From NCBI RefSeq assembly GCF_964204645.1, contig NC_134027.1, forward strand, positions 11,626,485-11,690,484: a stretch of 64,000 nt of DNA, in the 5' to 3' direction. The notes below the pieces were generated by a model. The model saw only the letters and a program-made list of their open reading frames with translations, did not search any database and had not been told where the DNA came from. The number at the start of each line of letters is the position of its first letter. Position 1 is the stretch's first letter. Below, in pieces: positions 25,301-40,300 of this stretch. The stretch is from Tubulanus polymorphus (Eukaryota; Animalia; Nemertea). Both the position numbers and the translations under genes were made by a program.

Positions 25301-28300
25301 GAACTATCCGTCGAACTGGAAAAAAATTACTCGATTCTCCGCGCTCCATCGGGTTGTAAAGCATGGCATTTACTCATCCATTTACTCATCAAAAAACTGA
25401 TAGCGATACGACCCGCATTTTGCACGAAGTGAAGTGTATTGAAATTTTTCAAAGTCGGCGAGCAATGTAAGTCGATAGTTCATGTTCGCCTGTAGGCTCT
25501 GTAAACATCACAAATTCATTATGTTTAAAGTCGCCGCATTCGTGTTGTTGAACGTAGGATAAAATCGATGTTCTATTATCGAATAAACATCGTCGCTTGG
25601 CAGTTTTATGAATATGAATAGCGGGTACGAATCGCAGATATATAGTTTGCGATCGTTTATTTGAATAACTCGTGGTAACGCGCTAGCGAAAATGTTTTAT
25701 GTAGATTACGTAAACATTTTTTTTTTCTATCGGGATAATAAAACGACGTTGTTAGCAGTTTATTCTCCATTACATAATGTGTAGAAATATGATTCTAACT
25801 TGTTATAATATGAATGATAACATATATTTATTATATACAGCGCTCCGTATACATTTCAGCGCAGTTTACAAATAGACATGGCTATAAAGAACAAATTGAA
25901 ACAGTCAATTTAGTTATTGCCTAAACCCTTTCAGTGCATCTACACCGCAGTGCGGTGTATGAATCGGTGATGGATTTTGCTAGTACACCACACTGCGGTG
26001 TATTGATGTAATTAGTAATCAGTAATTATCTCTCTTGAAAAATGGCAGCACCTGTCAAACATAGTGAAATATTAGTAACTAACAATACACTGCGCCGCGG
26101 TGTAGACGCAAGTGGTATTCGCGTTATTCAACACACTAGGGTGGAATTTCTCAAAATATTCAAATTATCTCCAGCACTATAAGGTATCAATTAGTCAGCA
26201 CTGAAAGGGTTAAGGCTAAACAAAAGTGATACCTCGTTTCTCCGCAGTGGCCTGTAATTTTTGTAAAATATAATAAGATTTTTGTTAAATGTAATAAAAT
26301 TTGTAATCAGTTCATTTCTATAGCTGCCGGGTGTGGTATGGTAAAATTGATCACGATTTAAAAAATAGTAATGTGGTAACTCTAATGTACAGGGTAGACA
26401 GGCGGCCGGCCTGGTCAAGTATTTAGCAGAAACAAGGCATTTATTTTTTCTAGCCTAAGAGGAATTTCTGCTGAAACAAAGGCACAGTGACTATAAAATC
26501 GAGTATTGAATGATACATAATTTAGTAAAATCGAATTAGTAGATCCAGTCGTAAGGATCTGTTAGGTGTAGCCTATGTAATGTGATTAGATCGCAAATAC
26601 AACTTGATGCCAAATCATTCAATAATTTCTTATTCTGTATGTACTATTCTGTGTTTTCCTTTGTATATATTTTGTCTCTTTATTGTGTTCATCCCTAGAA
26701 TGTAAATGTTTACGTTACGGGTCAATAAAGTTATTTGAATTTGAATTTTCAATTAAAAAACCATGAGCAGAACTTTAAAATCAATATGTTTATAGACTGG
26801 AAGCCAGTGTAGCTCAGCTTGTATATAGGAGTAATGGAATAAAACCTTTTAGATCTTGCGACAAGTTGAGCAGCGGAGTTTTGGATAAGCTGCAACGTTA
26901 TGATATTGTACCGACTTGTTCCAAGTAACAGACTTTTGCAGTAATCAAGTCTAGAAGTTAGGCTATAAAACAATGATCTTCAACTTTCCGTGATCGGATT
27001 ATAGAAAAAAAGGTCAAATTTTGCCTATTTTGTAAAGGCCAAAAGCAGCTGACTTTAAGCACGTTTAACACGATGATCCATGGTCATACCAAATTTAAAG
27101 TAAGCACCCAGATTGCGTACCACTTCACTAGCATGTATTGTACATAGAACTCTGTCGCCAGTAAAGAAGTTTCCAGTCTCTAGGCGTCATTCTGTTGCGG
27201 TCCCCAGAGGTCCCCATTGTTGCGATAATTTGCGCTCATTTTTTGAAACATAAGTTTTGATTGAATATCATATAGTTCTGCAGTGCCTTGCTTGATTAAC
27301 TTAATCAGTACACCATTTTAAAGGAAATGAAATGCAGGTATTTGCCGGTGATTATTGGAGTTTTTGAGGCAACAATTGAGAGCAGTGACCAGACAAATGA
27401 TTGCGTTTGAATTGCAACTGGCACCGCAAATGATCCACTTCGCTTTGTTTGAGCATTGTTTAGTATCTAGTGAATGGTTTGCGTGTGAACGCCCTCTCTT
27501 ATTAGACATGGTTCAAATTTGGCCCGAGCCTAATCCATACCAATTTGGCCCGGGCCAAATCGTCTCCGTGTGATCGCAGCTAGTGTTAACGAGAAGGAAA
27601 TCAAAGATCCGGACACAATTTCCTACAAAACAATTGTGCGTATGTTGAAAGATCCGCTTATTGATGGGAAAATTATGTCGTTTATATCACTATTGTCAGT
27701 TATAACGCCATTTCTTACACTATATCAGTGCCATCACCGATGCTGCCATTCTTGGCGGATGATCTATATTGCGTGATGAAAATCATTTATGTCTCCAGTC
27801 ATCAAAATATCTGTGCTCGAAACTAATAAGGGAATTTCAGCTATTCAGTATTGATATCGCGGAAAAAGAAAATCAAGTTCTTCCTCATGTTGTTTGACAA
27901 TGGATTTGTAGCCAACAGAGAACTGAAATTATTATTATCTATGAAAAAAGTGTCAGAGAGACTTCATTCGCAATTTAAAGCAGCCGTGCTTAAATTAATC
28001 AGCAAACTTCAAGACAAATGTCTTGCTAAATATCAGCTGCTTGAGCGAGCAATGAAATGCTTGAATCCAAAAGAAATCGTAGAAAGAAAATCTGGATGTA
28101 AAGACTCTTTCGATACAGTTCTTAGGGTAGTTGTAGACTCGAAGAAAGTGAATATAGAAGATTGTGATACAATCAAGTCTCAGTATGAACTGTTTCTAGA
28201 TAATGAAGTACCATATAACATCGCTGAATTTAAGTTGTTTGATTATAGCAGTGATCAATGCTGCGTAGATACACTCTTTTATAGACTAATGTCAAGGGAA

Positions 28301-31300
28301 AAGACATAGGAAAAGCTTTGGGGTGTTTTAAGTGATTTGTTGATATTATCACATGGACAAGCTGGAGTAGAACGTGGTTTCTCCATAATATGAGAGAAAT
28401 TAATGTCGCAAAAAGCATTTACTGGTACTGCCCAACGGGTAGTTATTGACCCCTGCGCTCAATTGGTGGTACCATGAATTCAAGATTATCATGACAACTC
28501 ATGATGTCCAGTTAGTGCAGCTCGGCAAAAATATGAATCCTTCCTCGAAGAGGAACGAAAAAAGAAAGCTAGGTAGTGAGAATTCAAAAAAGCAAAAACT
28601 GTTAGTAGATCGAATTGACACTCTCAAATCTAAAAAGAGAAGTCTGACAGAATAGGCCACTACATTATCAAATTCAGCTGATGAATTCTCAAAAAAAGCG
28701 GAGTAAGTTAGCCGTGTGAAAGAGCACAGTAACCGTGTTGTAGTTCAGTCAAATAGCCACCGGGCTACATCCAAAATTATATTAGATGAGGCGCAAAGAT
28801 TGATGATATGATTTCCGAACTCTCAGAATCCAAAAACTTGTAAATTTCGATGTTTGCCCGTATTAGGCATCTGTTAGGTGTAATGTACACAAAGTATTAT
28901 CATGGCAAAAAATAAGACTAATTCAGAAAATAAATGTATCTGATTATGTATTTGAAATGATTGACTCTCATGTTTATTATTGGCTTTTTGCGGAACATTT
29001 TACAAGGCTTTTTGTCTTGCGTGGATCAGAGAATATCAAGAGATCAGGGAATTCTGGGTGTCCTGATCTGTACGAACCCTGACAATCTGATTCGTATTGA
29101 CTCCAAACATTAACTACTGCTTGTCAAAATCACCATCTAGAATGTTTTTGTCAATAGTATTTCCTATCTAAAAAATGTCTCTACGAGAAAATGGTCCGCA
29201 TCCAATCCTCGCTGTTCTTTAGTTTAGAGCTGCATTCATAGCTAGCCGAACATCCTGCAGAGTAAAAAATAATGCAGTTCACAATATTAATGCCCTGTGT
29301 GATTATGCCCTGAGAGAACAAGTAAGGAATAAAGGAGTGTCCAGGACATGAAGTTCTGCCCCTTATGAGGCCATTGATTTTTCACTCGATTTCTTGTTGT
29401 AGGTAGGTTGATCTGAAAAGGTTGAAAGTTCTGTGAACACATGAAAATTATCTTTATATTCAAAATAACATAACTGATCCTTAATATCATATGATTTATA
29501 TCCTAATATCTATTGTGGACAATATTACCAATATGTGTGTTATCTTTTAAGGTGTCAAAACTTTTAAACTAGTTTTCTTGTTGATGAATGCTGTGAATTG
29601 CAGTTTAATAGTGGCATAGATAGTACCTCCATGACCGTTGATGGCTGTACAGCGCTTCTTTTCTCCTGCTTCAAGCTCATCGCGGGTGTTAATAAAATTG
29701 TCGTTTTTGCCGATGTTGCGAACTGGGATAAATTCATTCAATTTATCGACATCATGTGATAAAAACCGAATTATGCGGCCACATAACTGAAATGCACCAG
29801 GGACTGGTCGCATAAGGCAGTAATCGTGTTAAGTTGTTGTTTCGCAAAAAATTGAACAGTGCTGCATACAAACGTGTATAAACTGAAAATACAGCCGATC
29901 ACCATTATGTTTATTTGAAAATTCATGCCCATTTTTCATTTTTTTATTCCCAAAGTAAAAAGGGCACATTTAGTCGTCCGTATTAATTCCAAAAGCAGAA
30001 AAGGACACATTTTTACAAGACGAGACAGGTGATTTTAAACAAAAATGCACAATCAGTTGTGCATCAATTCCAAAAAAAAATATAAGAAAGGCACTTGTAG
30101 TCATCTATATCAATGCCAACAGTAGAAAAAGACACATTTTTACAAGATGAGGCAGATAGTTTTAAACATATAGACGCACCATTCTTCAGGATTTTATCTT
30201 TATTGCCTGGAACTAGATCTCAATGCAGTTAATTTTCTAGAAAGCACTTTGTCTCAGGACTTCATATAGGCCTATTGCTTGAAAATTGCACCAAAAAGCA
30301 GTTAGGCCTAACTTTCAAAATTAAGACCCCCTCATTTGTCATGGATTATGCCCCTTTTTTAAGTTTGTCTACTCTCAGCAGTAGTCTGCATGTATTGAAG
30401 TTAAATGCGTTGATCATTTTATAGTTATATCGGTTATATAGGCCTATAGCAGGACGGTAGAACACTGGATGAGATGGCATCCAGATGGTTCTTGATCATT
30501 AGTTTGCCATGTGCGCATTATATATTTGTTAGATAGATTTTATTTGTTTACTAATAAAATCTGCGCAGCACAGTTTTGAGATCAAATCAGGTGCAGGTAG
30601 TTTTAGTTTCGATAGCAAGTTTGCTCGGTAGTCCGGAAGAATTCTTATAGACCGGTAATTATTTCGTTCCTCAGTGCTTGGCGACTTATGAATACATCTT
30701 TCTTCTTGTAATGAATGATAAACTGAAAGATAACGCGGTTACTTGCTACATGTTCACTCATTAAGACTGTCAGATCGGTATCAGTACCATTTCGCTTAGA
30801 TAAACTTTACAAGGTAAACACGAATCGTAGCTTTAACTCGCGAACAAGAAAATAGTCGAAAATGAAGTTAAGACTGATTCTTGTGTAATCCTTGTCAATT
30901 CGACCATGCAATCATGGAATATAGCGGCTGGAAAATGTTGTTCAATAGAACTAACTTGATAAAGTTTGAAAACCCTTGTAAAATAACGCATACATTGCTT
31001 GGTATTGTTGACAATAAATGATGTAATATCAGTTATACAATATTAAGCATCAATAAAACTATTTTGGATTGAATATCGACAATTGAATTGAATTGAGCGA
31101 CAACCAGTCTAGTCCTGATATATTGACTTAAAAATGATTATCAAAAGTAGAATAAGAATTATGAAATGTATTTAATTACGGAATAAACACCAAAATTCAT
31201 AATTGTGATTGTTATTTTGACACGCCGATAATGATGATGTAGTGCACATTGACTAACACAAAACCCCTTAAATAATGCATAATAGGTATCAATGTACCGC

Positions 31301-34300
31301 TATAACATTATTATAATAGTTTTTATGGCGTCATAAGATTTGTTGAGATTTTGTTGAACGTCTGTGGTACCCGGTCTGCGGTAATATATAACCAGCCAAC
31401 CCATAGGGTTTTGACATATTTTGTATTCAGAATTTTATACATGTACCGCATACTAGCTTCATTGTACGAGATGTAATGAAATTTCAGGGCCCATTGGAAT
31501 TCGGAAAAATTGGAAAATATATCAAGAAATATATTCATGGACATTGTACTGTACGAGTGAGAGTCTGATATTTACACAGTATTTAGTACGACTGGTAGAC
31601 TGATATTGACTTCAGTATACATTTAAAAATTTTTGTTACTCTGATGGTGAAGTTTAGTCAAACCTCCACTGTCAGAAAATGAATTGTTTCGTCACCAACT
31701 GTCGGTTTTGTTTATTAAATTCAGTATCTAATTGAAGTAGATAAAACACAAGTAGTTTTATATTGGCAAAACATGATATTTTCTAGATAATACCGCCGAA
31801 TAAAGTCTGGATCGGCGCGGCGTTTTATTTTCTGAGCATATACCACATCATTGGCTCGCGGGTTTCCAGGAGACCAAAAATTCAAATTTTTGATGAGACC
31901 CATATTCTCAGACTTTCTATCTGTCTACGTCTAGTGTATGTATGTTTGTCTTTCAGCAACTTAGCTTCGTTGATACTGGATCGATCTTGATGAAACTTGG
32001 GTACAATTTCTGTATGGGGGTCTAGTTGTGCAGTGCAAAGAATGGGCCCGGTACGCCACCTAGTGCAAGAACTAGGCTTTAAAAACAGCATTCTTCAACG
32101 AAATGACCTCGACGATGACCTCATAACTGAAGAACGGGGTCGAATTTCAAAAAGTTGTCTTGACGGAATTTAGCTATTGGTCCTAGATACAACTTATCTA
32201 AAATACAATGGGAAATAGCTGATGGTTATTTCGAAGTTTGAGTCTGTGCCCGAGAACCACTGTCGCCTATGGCTTGTTCATAAAATTCATTTATATAAAA
32301 TGCTTTGAATACGATTTGATTGGTTGGAGGAATGAAAGATTAGTTTCTTCGATTGATTGCACGACTGTAGATCCTAAACATAAGCTGTAACCCATTAGCC
32401 TATCGATAATGTTTCCAAAAGAGGAGTTGAGGGATTTTGAAGTGATGGGATTTTCGACTAAAAGCTTTAGTTTGCGTATCTCATTTCTTTCAGCGTTATC
32501 GATGAAAATCTAAAACCATGGAAAGGAGGCATCACGAAGGCTATGTTTGCGCAAGCCATGGATCGAAAGGCGTATGGTGGATTGCATTACCAAATAATTG
32601 ACCATAAACTTTACCGGGAAGATACCTGTATGTTTCCTAGTAGGTACGTATGTTCTTTGTAAACACGTTTCCATTAAAAAGACAATTGTGCCAATTTTAT
32701 TGTATCAAATGTTTTGGAGTCTCAAATGTTTTACATCGTTTTTTTTTTCGCACGTCTGTCTCGCTTAAGGTTTTAAATTCTCCATAAACCAGGATTCATT
32801 GGTTTTTATTTATGTTTAGCCAGTATGTATATATATAGCGTATTGTTGTTAACCCTTTCAGCACGTCTACACCGCAGTGCAGTGTATAAATCGGTGATCA
32901 ATTTTGCTAGTACACCGCACTGCGGTGTATTGATGTAATTAGTGATTAGTTTTTATTTCTATTAAAGATGACAGCACCTTTAAACATAGTGAAATATTAG
33001 TAACTAACGATACACCGCGCCCCTGTGTAGACGCACTATAGTGGTATTGCTTTTATTCAACGCACTAGGATGGAATTTTTCAAAATTTTCAAAATATCTC
33101 TAGCACTATAGGGTATTAATTAGTCGGCACTGAAAGGGTTAATGCCAGCATTAATCTGCATTTTGGATCTGTTCTTTCATACATATACGTATAATCGATA
33201 GTGTGAAATGTCTGAGCACGGAAATTAAGAGATTGATGTAAAAGTCCCTAAAGATGTTGAGTGACCATTCAAATCAATGGAAATTTTACAAAAAGGGCAC
33301 AATAAGCCAATGCTGAAAAGAAATTTCAAATGGCAATTTCTGTAAAACAACGCTACAATTTTGTCAAAAAATTCTCGTCAAGAGTATTTATTAACTAATT
33401 AGGCATGGACCAAATTTGTCTTTGGCTTTTTCCAGGCCACCATGGCCCGAGCTAAATCATCTCCGTGTGATCGTGGCTTTAGTTGTCAAACAGTTTTGAG
33501 ACTTTGTATAATTCCAGTTGGATCGGTGAAATCGTAATAAAGAATGGGATTCAGGTAAAATCCTGAAGCTGTTAGATAACCGAAAAAAAAGATATACATC
33601 ACCTTAAATCGTCATAAGATATTTCATGAAAATGTTCCTAAAAAGGGAACTGGATAGAATTACAATTTCCTATGAAGAATGGAAGAAAAATGATCTTCGT
33701 AGAAATTATTTATTTTTTTTATCGCTAATTCAACACACTCGCTTATTTCGCACATAACTCCAATTATCCACGGTCTTCGTGTCGTAAACGAAGTTGTCGA
33801 TATGATCTTTGTTCGTTAAATTTTTCAAATACTGTTCCATACAATCGAACGCCAGGTACTCGAAATCGAAGAACATTTTGTTCATGAACGCTACGCTTCG
33901 GTTTAATGTTTGTTGCACCATGCGACCGATATCTCCTATTCCATGTATGCATATGTCGCGTAGAGCTTTGCCGAAACATGGTGGATGGCCCGGATAGGAA
34001 GTCCAAACTTTCCATCGGAAATGCAGTGAATCGCTACTCAGATCGACTGAAAATGCAAACAAATAAAAAAAACGATTTCAATTTGCGATCGGCACAGACA
34101 AGTCTAATGTCATCAGGAAGTTCGGAATAATAAAATCTATTTTTTTTTGTATAGCGCTCAATCTCATGATGACTTTACAGAAAAAATAAACAATATAACA
34201 GATAGTAAAAATACAATATTCATTTGAGTTATAAGTTTCATCGAAAATATGCCTTTTCTTGAAAATCTTAATGAACTTATCCTGAATTTATTTTGTCCCA

Positions 34301-37300
34301 TAGTGTTGGAGAGATAAAACTAAAAGATTGGCAACAAATATTTCTCTTCTGCGGTTCATATAAAATATATTCAGTAAGATTAAATATTAGTAAGATTTTA
34401 CGACATTATGTCCGTCAAATTCAGATGAAATTTTTTCTAAAAGGAATAAACATAAACATTAAAGTTAGAGTAAAGTTTTGTGATTAAAGTCATATAATGA
34501 TTTATAATGATCATTAAATTGCCCCGCCCCCGATTGCTGGTTGCTGCAAACCAATAGACAGTCTCCTGTTTGCACTAGGCTTTACAGCTAGTGGTTTTAA
34601 TACACTTAAAGTATTCCAGACCTTGAAAAGACTACATTTTTCCGATGAAAGTAAGTTCCCACCGTAAAAAATCTGTTTTTGGAGCAGGCGTATATAGATT
34701 CGAAAATGAGAAGAAAATATATAGAGACCCCACATTTTTCTCTTAGAATATCGAGCATTTATTTGACTTGTGCATCTGGTTTACTGCAGGACGCCTGTGA
34801 GTTTCGAAAAAAGCCCTACCCGCATGAGCACCGGGTACGCAGACGTTTTTCTGGTACGAACTCAGTGTCGAGTAGAAAGTTTCGTCTGGAACTTCAGTAC
34901 CGCGCAGCCAGTTGTACAGGTTGATCGCTACGTGATTTCTCGTGATGAACTCGGTGAAATTTCGATGAGCCATCAAATGAAGGTTGCCTTTAAAAAGAGT
35001 CAATTGATGCGGTACGGCGGATTTGTTTTTCGCCCAGCGTTTCTCCCTGAAAAGAAAAACAGAATTTTTAGAATCAATTGTTCCAGGTTTCGTTGTGGGC
35101 ATTGAAATCCTTGATTAGCCTTGAATTGTCAAAAGGAAATTCAAGGCCTTGGAAAGCCTTGAATTCAGCACTTTTCACCGAGATGATGTCAATTGACTTG
35201 GACCATGGATCCCCTCTGAAATCCCACCAAAAACATCTGATTGAAAAAAGTTGTGTTTTCATCAGATTTAATTATGAAAAAAAAGATTTTTTCTTGATAT
35301 TTCCATCTTGATTATTTGCAGAAAGTATGTTTTCTCCCATCATTTGAATTCAACCCGATACAGTTTTCACACTTATTTTTTTCCATTATATTTCCAACAT
35401 TTTATTTTACATGGAAAATCTGTACTTCAACTAATTAAAAAGTCATCAGTGTAGGCATTCAGTAACTGGCTCAAAATTAAGATTATCAAATTTCTTAAAG
35501 TTGCTGTAGTTGGCCGTGTCGCTAAATATCAGTGAATTCAGGTCAGCAGTGGCACAATGAGCCCTGCTGAAGCAGTTTTTGATTGTTTTTGAATGGATGA
35601 AGTGAGGAAATATTGCCGTAAAAATGTTTTTCATGAGGGTAAAAAGCCTTGAATGTGCTTTACAAATGGCCTTGAATGGACTTGAATTTTGGTTGGTCTT
35701 GGGGATATGAACCCTATGTTACGCATATAGGACAAGCTGTATAACCATTGGCCATGTTCTATTCATCTACTGCAGGGTTTTCAGCGGTCCTTCTAAGTCC
35801 TTTTTTTGGAAAAAATTTCGACAAACATCATCTTTTTCCTTCTTTTATCGTTACACAACTCAGTGCGGAAAGACTTTTATGGAACACTTTTTATGGTAGG
35901 TCTTTTTTTCACAAGATGTCTCCAGGGGGACTAGTTATTGATAATGTTCTATACATAATACATGTGGGGAACTGAATGAGGTAAACAACAATGAAATAAG
36001 CAAAATATCGAAGTTATGAAGGCATATTTTGTAAATAAACCGAATGAAGAAAAAAGATTCAAAACAGCTGAAGTTTTCCATAATCAGGTCTGGGACATTA
36101 CAGCGATGATATGGATATGGATTAAAGCTTAGTTATACAAGACAAAAATCTCCAAACTTGAAACGGATATTTATGAAAGACTCGGTGACCTGAAGTTTCA
36201 TTAGTTATGATAAACCGTTGCTGGTGAAACTAAAATGTTAGTAAATATCACTGGTCTTAAAAAATAATCCTAAATCTTACCATCGTTTTCTCTCTTTGCT
36301 GATGAAAATGTCATTTGAACCATTCATAGCCTTAAGAATTCTGACCAATTGGCGATTACTAACTAGTGGCACTTCTTGTCCTGTAAGAATAGAGAATCTT
36401 CTTGTTTCGATCAATAAGTCGAGCAGTTTTTTGACGCGTTAAAACCGTTAGAATGATGTTTTTATACATTGATACCTAGTATGCGCTATATAAGGGGTTC
36501 TGTGTGAGTTGATGTGCACTACATCATCAATATCGGCGTTTCAAAATAACAATTACATATGTGAATTTTGGCGTTTATTTTGTAATCAAATATATTTCAT
36601 AACTTTTATTTTATCTTCGATTAGTTTTGATAATTATTTATTTATGAGAGGAAGTGCACTACGTCCTCGATATATCGGGATTAGACTGGTTGCCGGATCA
36701 ATTCAATTCAATTATCGATATATTCAATAGTAAACAAGCTTTATTGTTCCTTATTATATGAAATGTCGACAATATTAAGCAATATATTATTTATTATTTA
36801 TTTTACGAGGCGTCAATGAACTTTCAAGTTAGTTTCCTCGATCTAAGGATTTGAAAAAAGTTTGTTTTCTTTGTTTCTCCGATAATTTGAATTCAATTTA
36901 GCACAATTTTCGCTTCTTTGAATTATTTTTACGCAATCCTTAAAAAATTTTATGTAGAAAACTTATTTTCATTTTTTCTCTTCGCCCTCCTGTTATAGTT
37001 TCGTTCTTCAGAGACGGAAATTACATTAGGGGCCAGCCTTCCACGCCTTACTGAGGCCAGTCAAAGATTAAATGAAAGTATCTTTCGTAGCATTATCATG
37101 CAAATCTACAACATGTATAAGATCGTTTCATTTTGTTGGGCTGAGACACTAGATCATTATGTTGCAGTATATAATCAGATTTCCATCAGTTGCCAAGAAC
37201 TCCTGAGGCTCAGGGTGGTAAAAAGCTTAGCTTAACTTTTGCTTCATATTACTCTGCATAACTACAGGTTACTTACTATGAGTTACTTCATTAAACACTT

Positions 37301-40300
37301 TTGATTAAGTGATGGCTTCCCTGTATATTTGTGTATTACTTTCGATACTAGCCAACCCATATATTAGATTTAAATGCAATGCTGTTCCCATAGAAAGAAT
37401 TCCTGCGTATCACCTAAATTACTTATCACAGGAAATTGATAAAAAGGCCATTTTTGTATTATTGTTTGGATTACGGATCCGCCGCAAAATTTTTCCAATT
37501 CTAGGTATAAAAATAAAATTTTATTTTGATTTTTTTCCAACTGCCCACTTATTTTTGAGATATGGAATAGATATAGAAATGAAAATGAACATTAAAAATT
37601 TTTTCCACTGCAACATCATCCTATGACACCCCACCCGAAAAATTGCGGTGGACAATGGCCTTCTAATCGATAGATGTGGTGGCTTTGTTCAGTAAATACT
37701 GTCACTCGCAAAATTGACAGCGTCACTTATGAGTGTAGGCAGTAAATAGACAATATTCGGGTACAGTATTATTTTCCCAAAAGGACCTCCAAAATAAAGC
37801 AATTTTTATCTTTTTGTCAAATCGCGATCATGCTATTGACTATTGCCACAGTCATGCAAGCATTTTTGGCCCAGGCCAACTGTTAGCAGAGTTTTATTTG
37901 CCATGCTGCCTAGACCGCGAAAAATCCCTTTCTGTGGTTCTCCTCTAAGCTCCCTAGGCCACGCGCTATGTCAGTGGGTGCCTTTCAAAGTAGTTTTTTC
38001 TCTGGAAGGCAGTTTAGTTTTTAAACTGGCACCCTGTAGCATTGTTAATGTATAAATATGTTTATCTGGTCGTTGGGAAATTCGGAAATTCAATACTGAA
38101 TAAGTAATTGATATTGTTCATTCTAAAATAGGTATTACGTCAAATATGACAAACCAAAATACACTTCTTTTGACAATTTTTATACTGTACAGTGTACTAG
38201 GTATATTCCTGTATTCCTGTGGTGCTGTCACTTGGCATATTTTCATCAATGTTCAGGATGAATAATTCGTCTTTGATCATTGTCTGTTTGATGTCTAGAT
38301 TATAGATTATGAACACATGATGAATAGGCGCGGCAGTAACTGAGTTTGAAATTCTAACTGATTGATCCGACCATCATCTATCATATATTGATTAATTGGA
38401 TGTTCAGTTGTTGATTATTTGTGTTATAGAGAATTTGTGTTGTGAAACGCAAACAACAGTTGTTGTAAATATTCAAAGTCTGCCTAACTAGAGATCAATG
38501 TGGATTAGTGAAAATGTGGATAAGTTCAGTTGTACATGTTACAGGTTGTATATACAGGGTCCAATGACTCTTTGATTCATCGAAAACTCCTTCTAAACCG
38601 AAATGCTTTTAAATGTGCTTAAACTTTTTGATTTGAGTAAAATGCTCGAAACTCCTTCAATTTCGAGATATAGTAGGCAATTAGAAATTTTTGTCTAGTT
38701 TGTAGTTGTACAGTCTTAATTGTGTTTCACTCCCGAACTATGTTCTCCATCTCTGTCATCTGAACATCATAAAGGGGTACTCAGGTTGCCCTTATAACTG
38801 CGACTACAACTGAAAGCGACTGATTCGAGCAACTGGCAGCGATCATCAGCGACTGGTTTTTTGCCAGTTGCGAGGACCTGAGCGCGTCTACAACTGACAG
38901 CGACGGGTTGGCGACGGAAAAACTGCCAGTCGCTATGAGTTGAACATGTTGAACTTTCAGCAACGCGTTGCAGCGACTACCACTAGTTGTGCAGCGTTTT
39001 TGTCGACCTGAGCGCTTCTGCAACCAGTTTCTGATATCCAACTAAGATGACCTTCACTTTGCCGCTGTTTATGGGTTTGAGTCCTGCTATATAATGTTCA
39101 TTAAAACAATTTTATTTGGGCCACTTTTTGTCAATAACTGACTTTTTGTTCATTCTATAAACACTGATAAATAGAACAGTCATCTTGAAATTGACTCTAA
39201 AAAGTGATTTTTGAACGAAAATGACTACTTTGTCGCCTTATCATATTAAGCAGATTGAATCGAATTGAATAGATGAATCCCTGCAATGAGACGTGGCTTA
39301 TATCAGAAACAAAAATACGCGCTGATAAACATGGGCGGCGCTATTTTGAAGAGATCATATGATCAATTAAATCTTGTGTTGCAGCAACGGTCTTAGGCGA
39401 CCTGAGCGCGCAGCTGATTAGCGTTGAACGTTTTAATCAGTTGCTGGCAGTCGTTGCTATTGCTTGTTGTAAGCGACCTGAGCGTAGTCTACAACTAGTG
39501 GTCTTCAGTTGTGTCGCTTCGTAGGGCGACCTGGGTGCCCCTTTACTCTAGAATCTTCATTTCATGTGGTTAAGCTTGAATTCCTCTAAAAATATATCAG
39601 CTGTAAATCCAGAAATTTTTGGCCTAGGTGTTACTACTGGATCTATCAAAATAAGAACTCTCCAGTCTTTCCTACCGATGTTTATCAGAAGACAGTGAAA
39701 GTGATGTTTTTACCGGGAAAACCTCAGGACTTTGAAGTGGACAGATTGTGGTCACCCTGAAATGCACAGTTCAAAGCGGTCCTTGAAAGTCTTTATAAGT
39801 CCTTAAATGGGAATGGGTCGATTCGAGGCCTTGAATATCATGGAGTGGGCTCTTAAGGCTGGCTTATGTCGACAAGCAACGCGACGCCTACAGACTCCTA
39901 CAGGCGCAGCTGAGCGCAACCGCGATCGCAGCCCAGCTTATGTCGACTGCACTCCGATTCGCAGCAACTGAGGCCGACTAGTGGGATATGTTGGTATGAC
40001 GTCGGGTTGCAGTCGCAAGCCAGCTAATGTCGAACCGATAGAGCAGCAACTGGCGGCCTCTCGTAGGCCGCTAGTTGCCGCTAATCGGCGAAAGACCCAG
40101 TTGCATCGGTAGGCGTTGCGTTGCTTGTCGACATAAGCCAGCCTTTAAGTCCTTAAATCATTGTCACAGTCTCGAATGGCGTCATCTCACGTGATAACAA
40201 TTTTAAACTTTGGTCACATATCATTACCGGTGTACAGTTTATCAGATCATGGAATTGTCTGATGGATGGACCTAACTTAATTGAAAATTTTGTGAACTAT

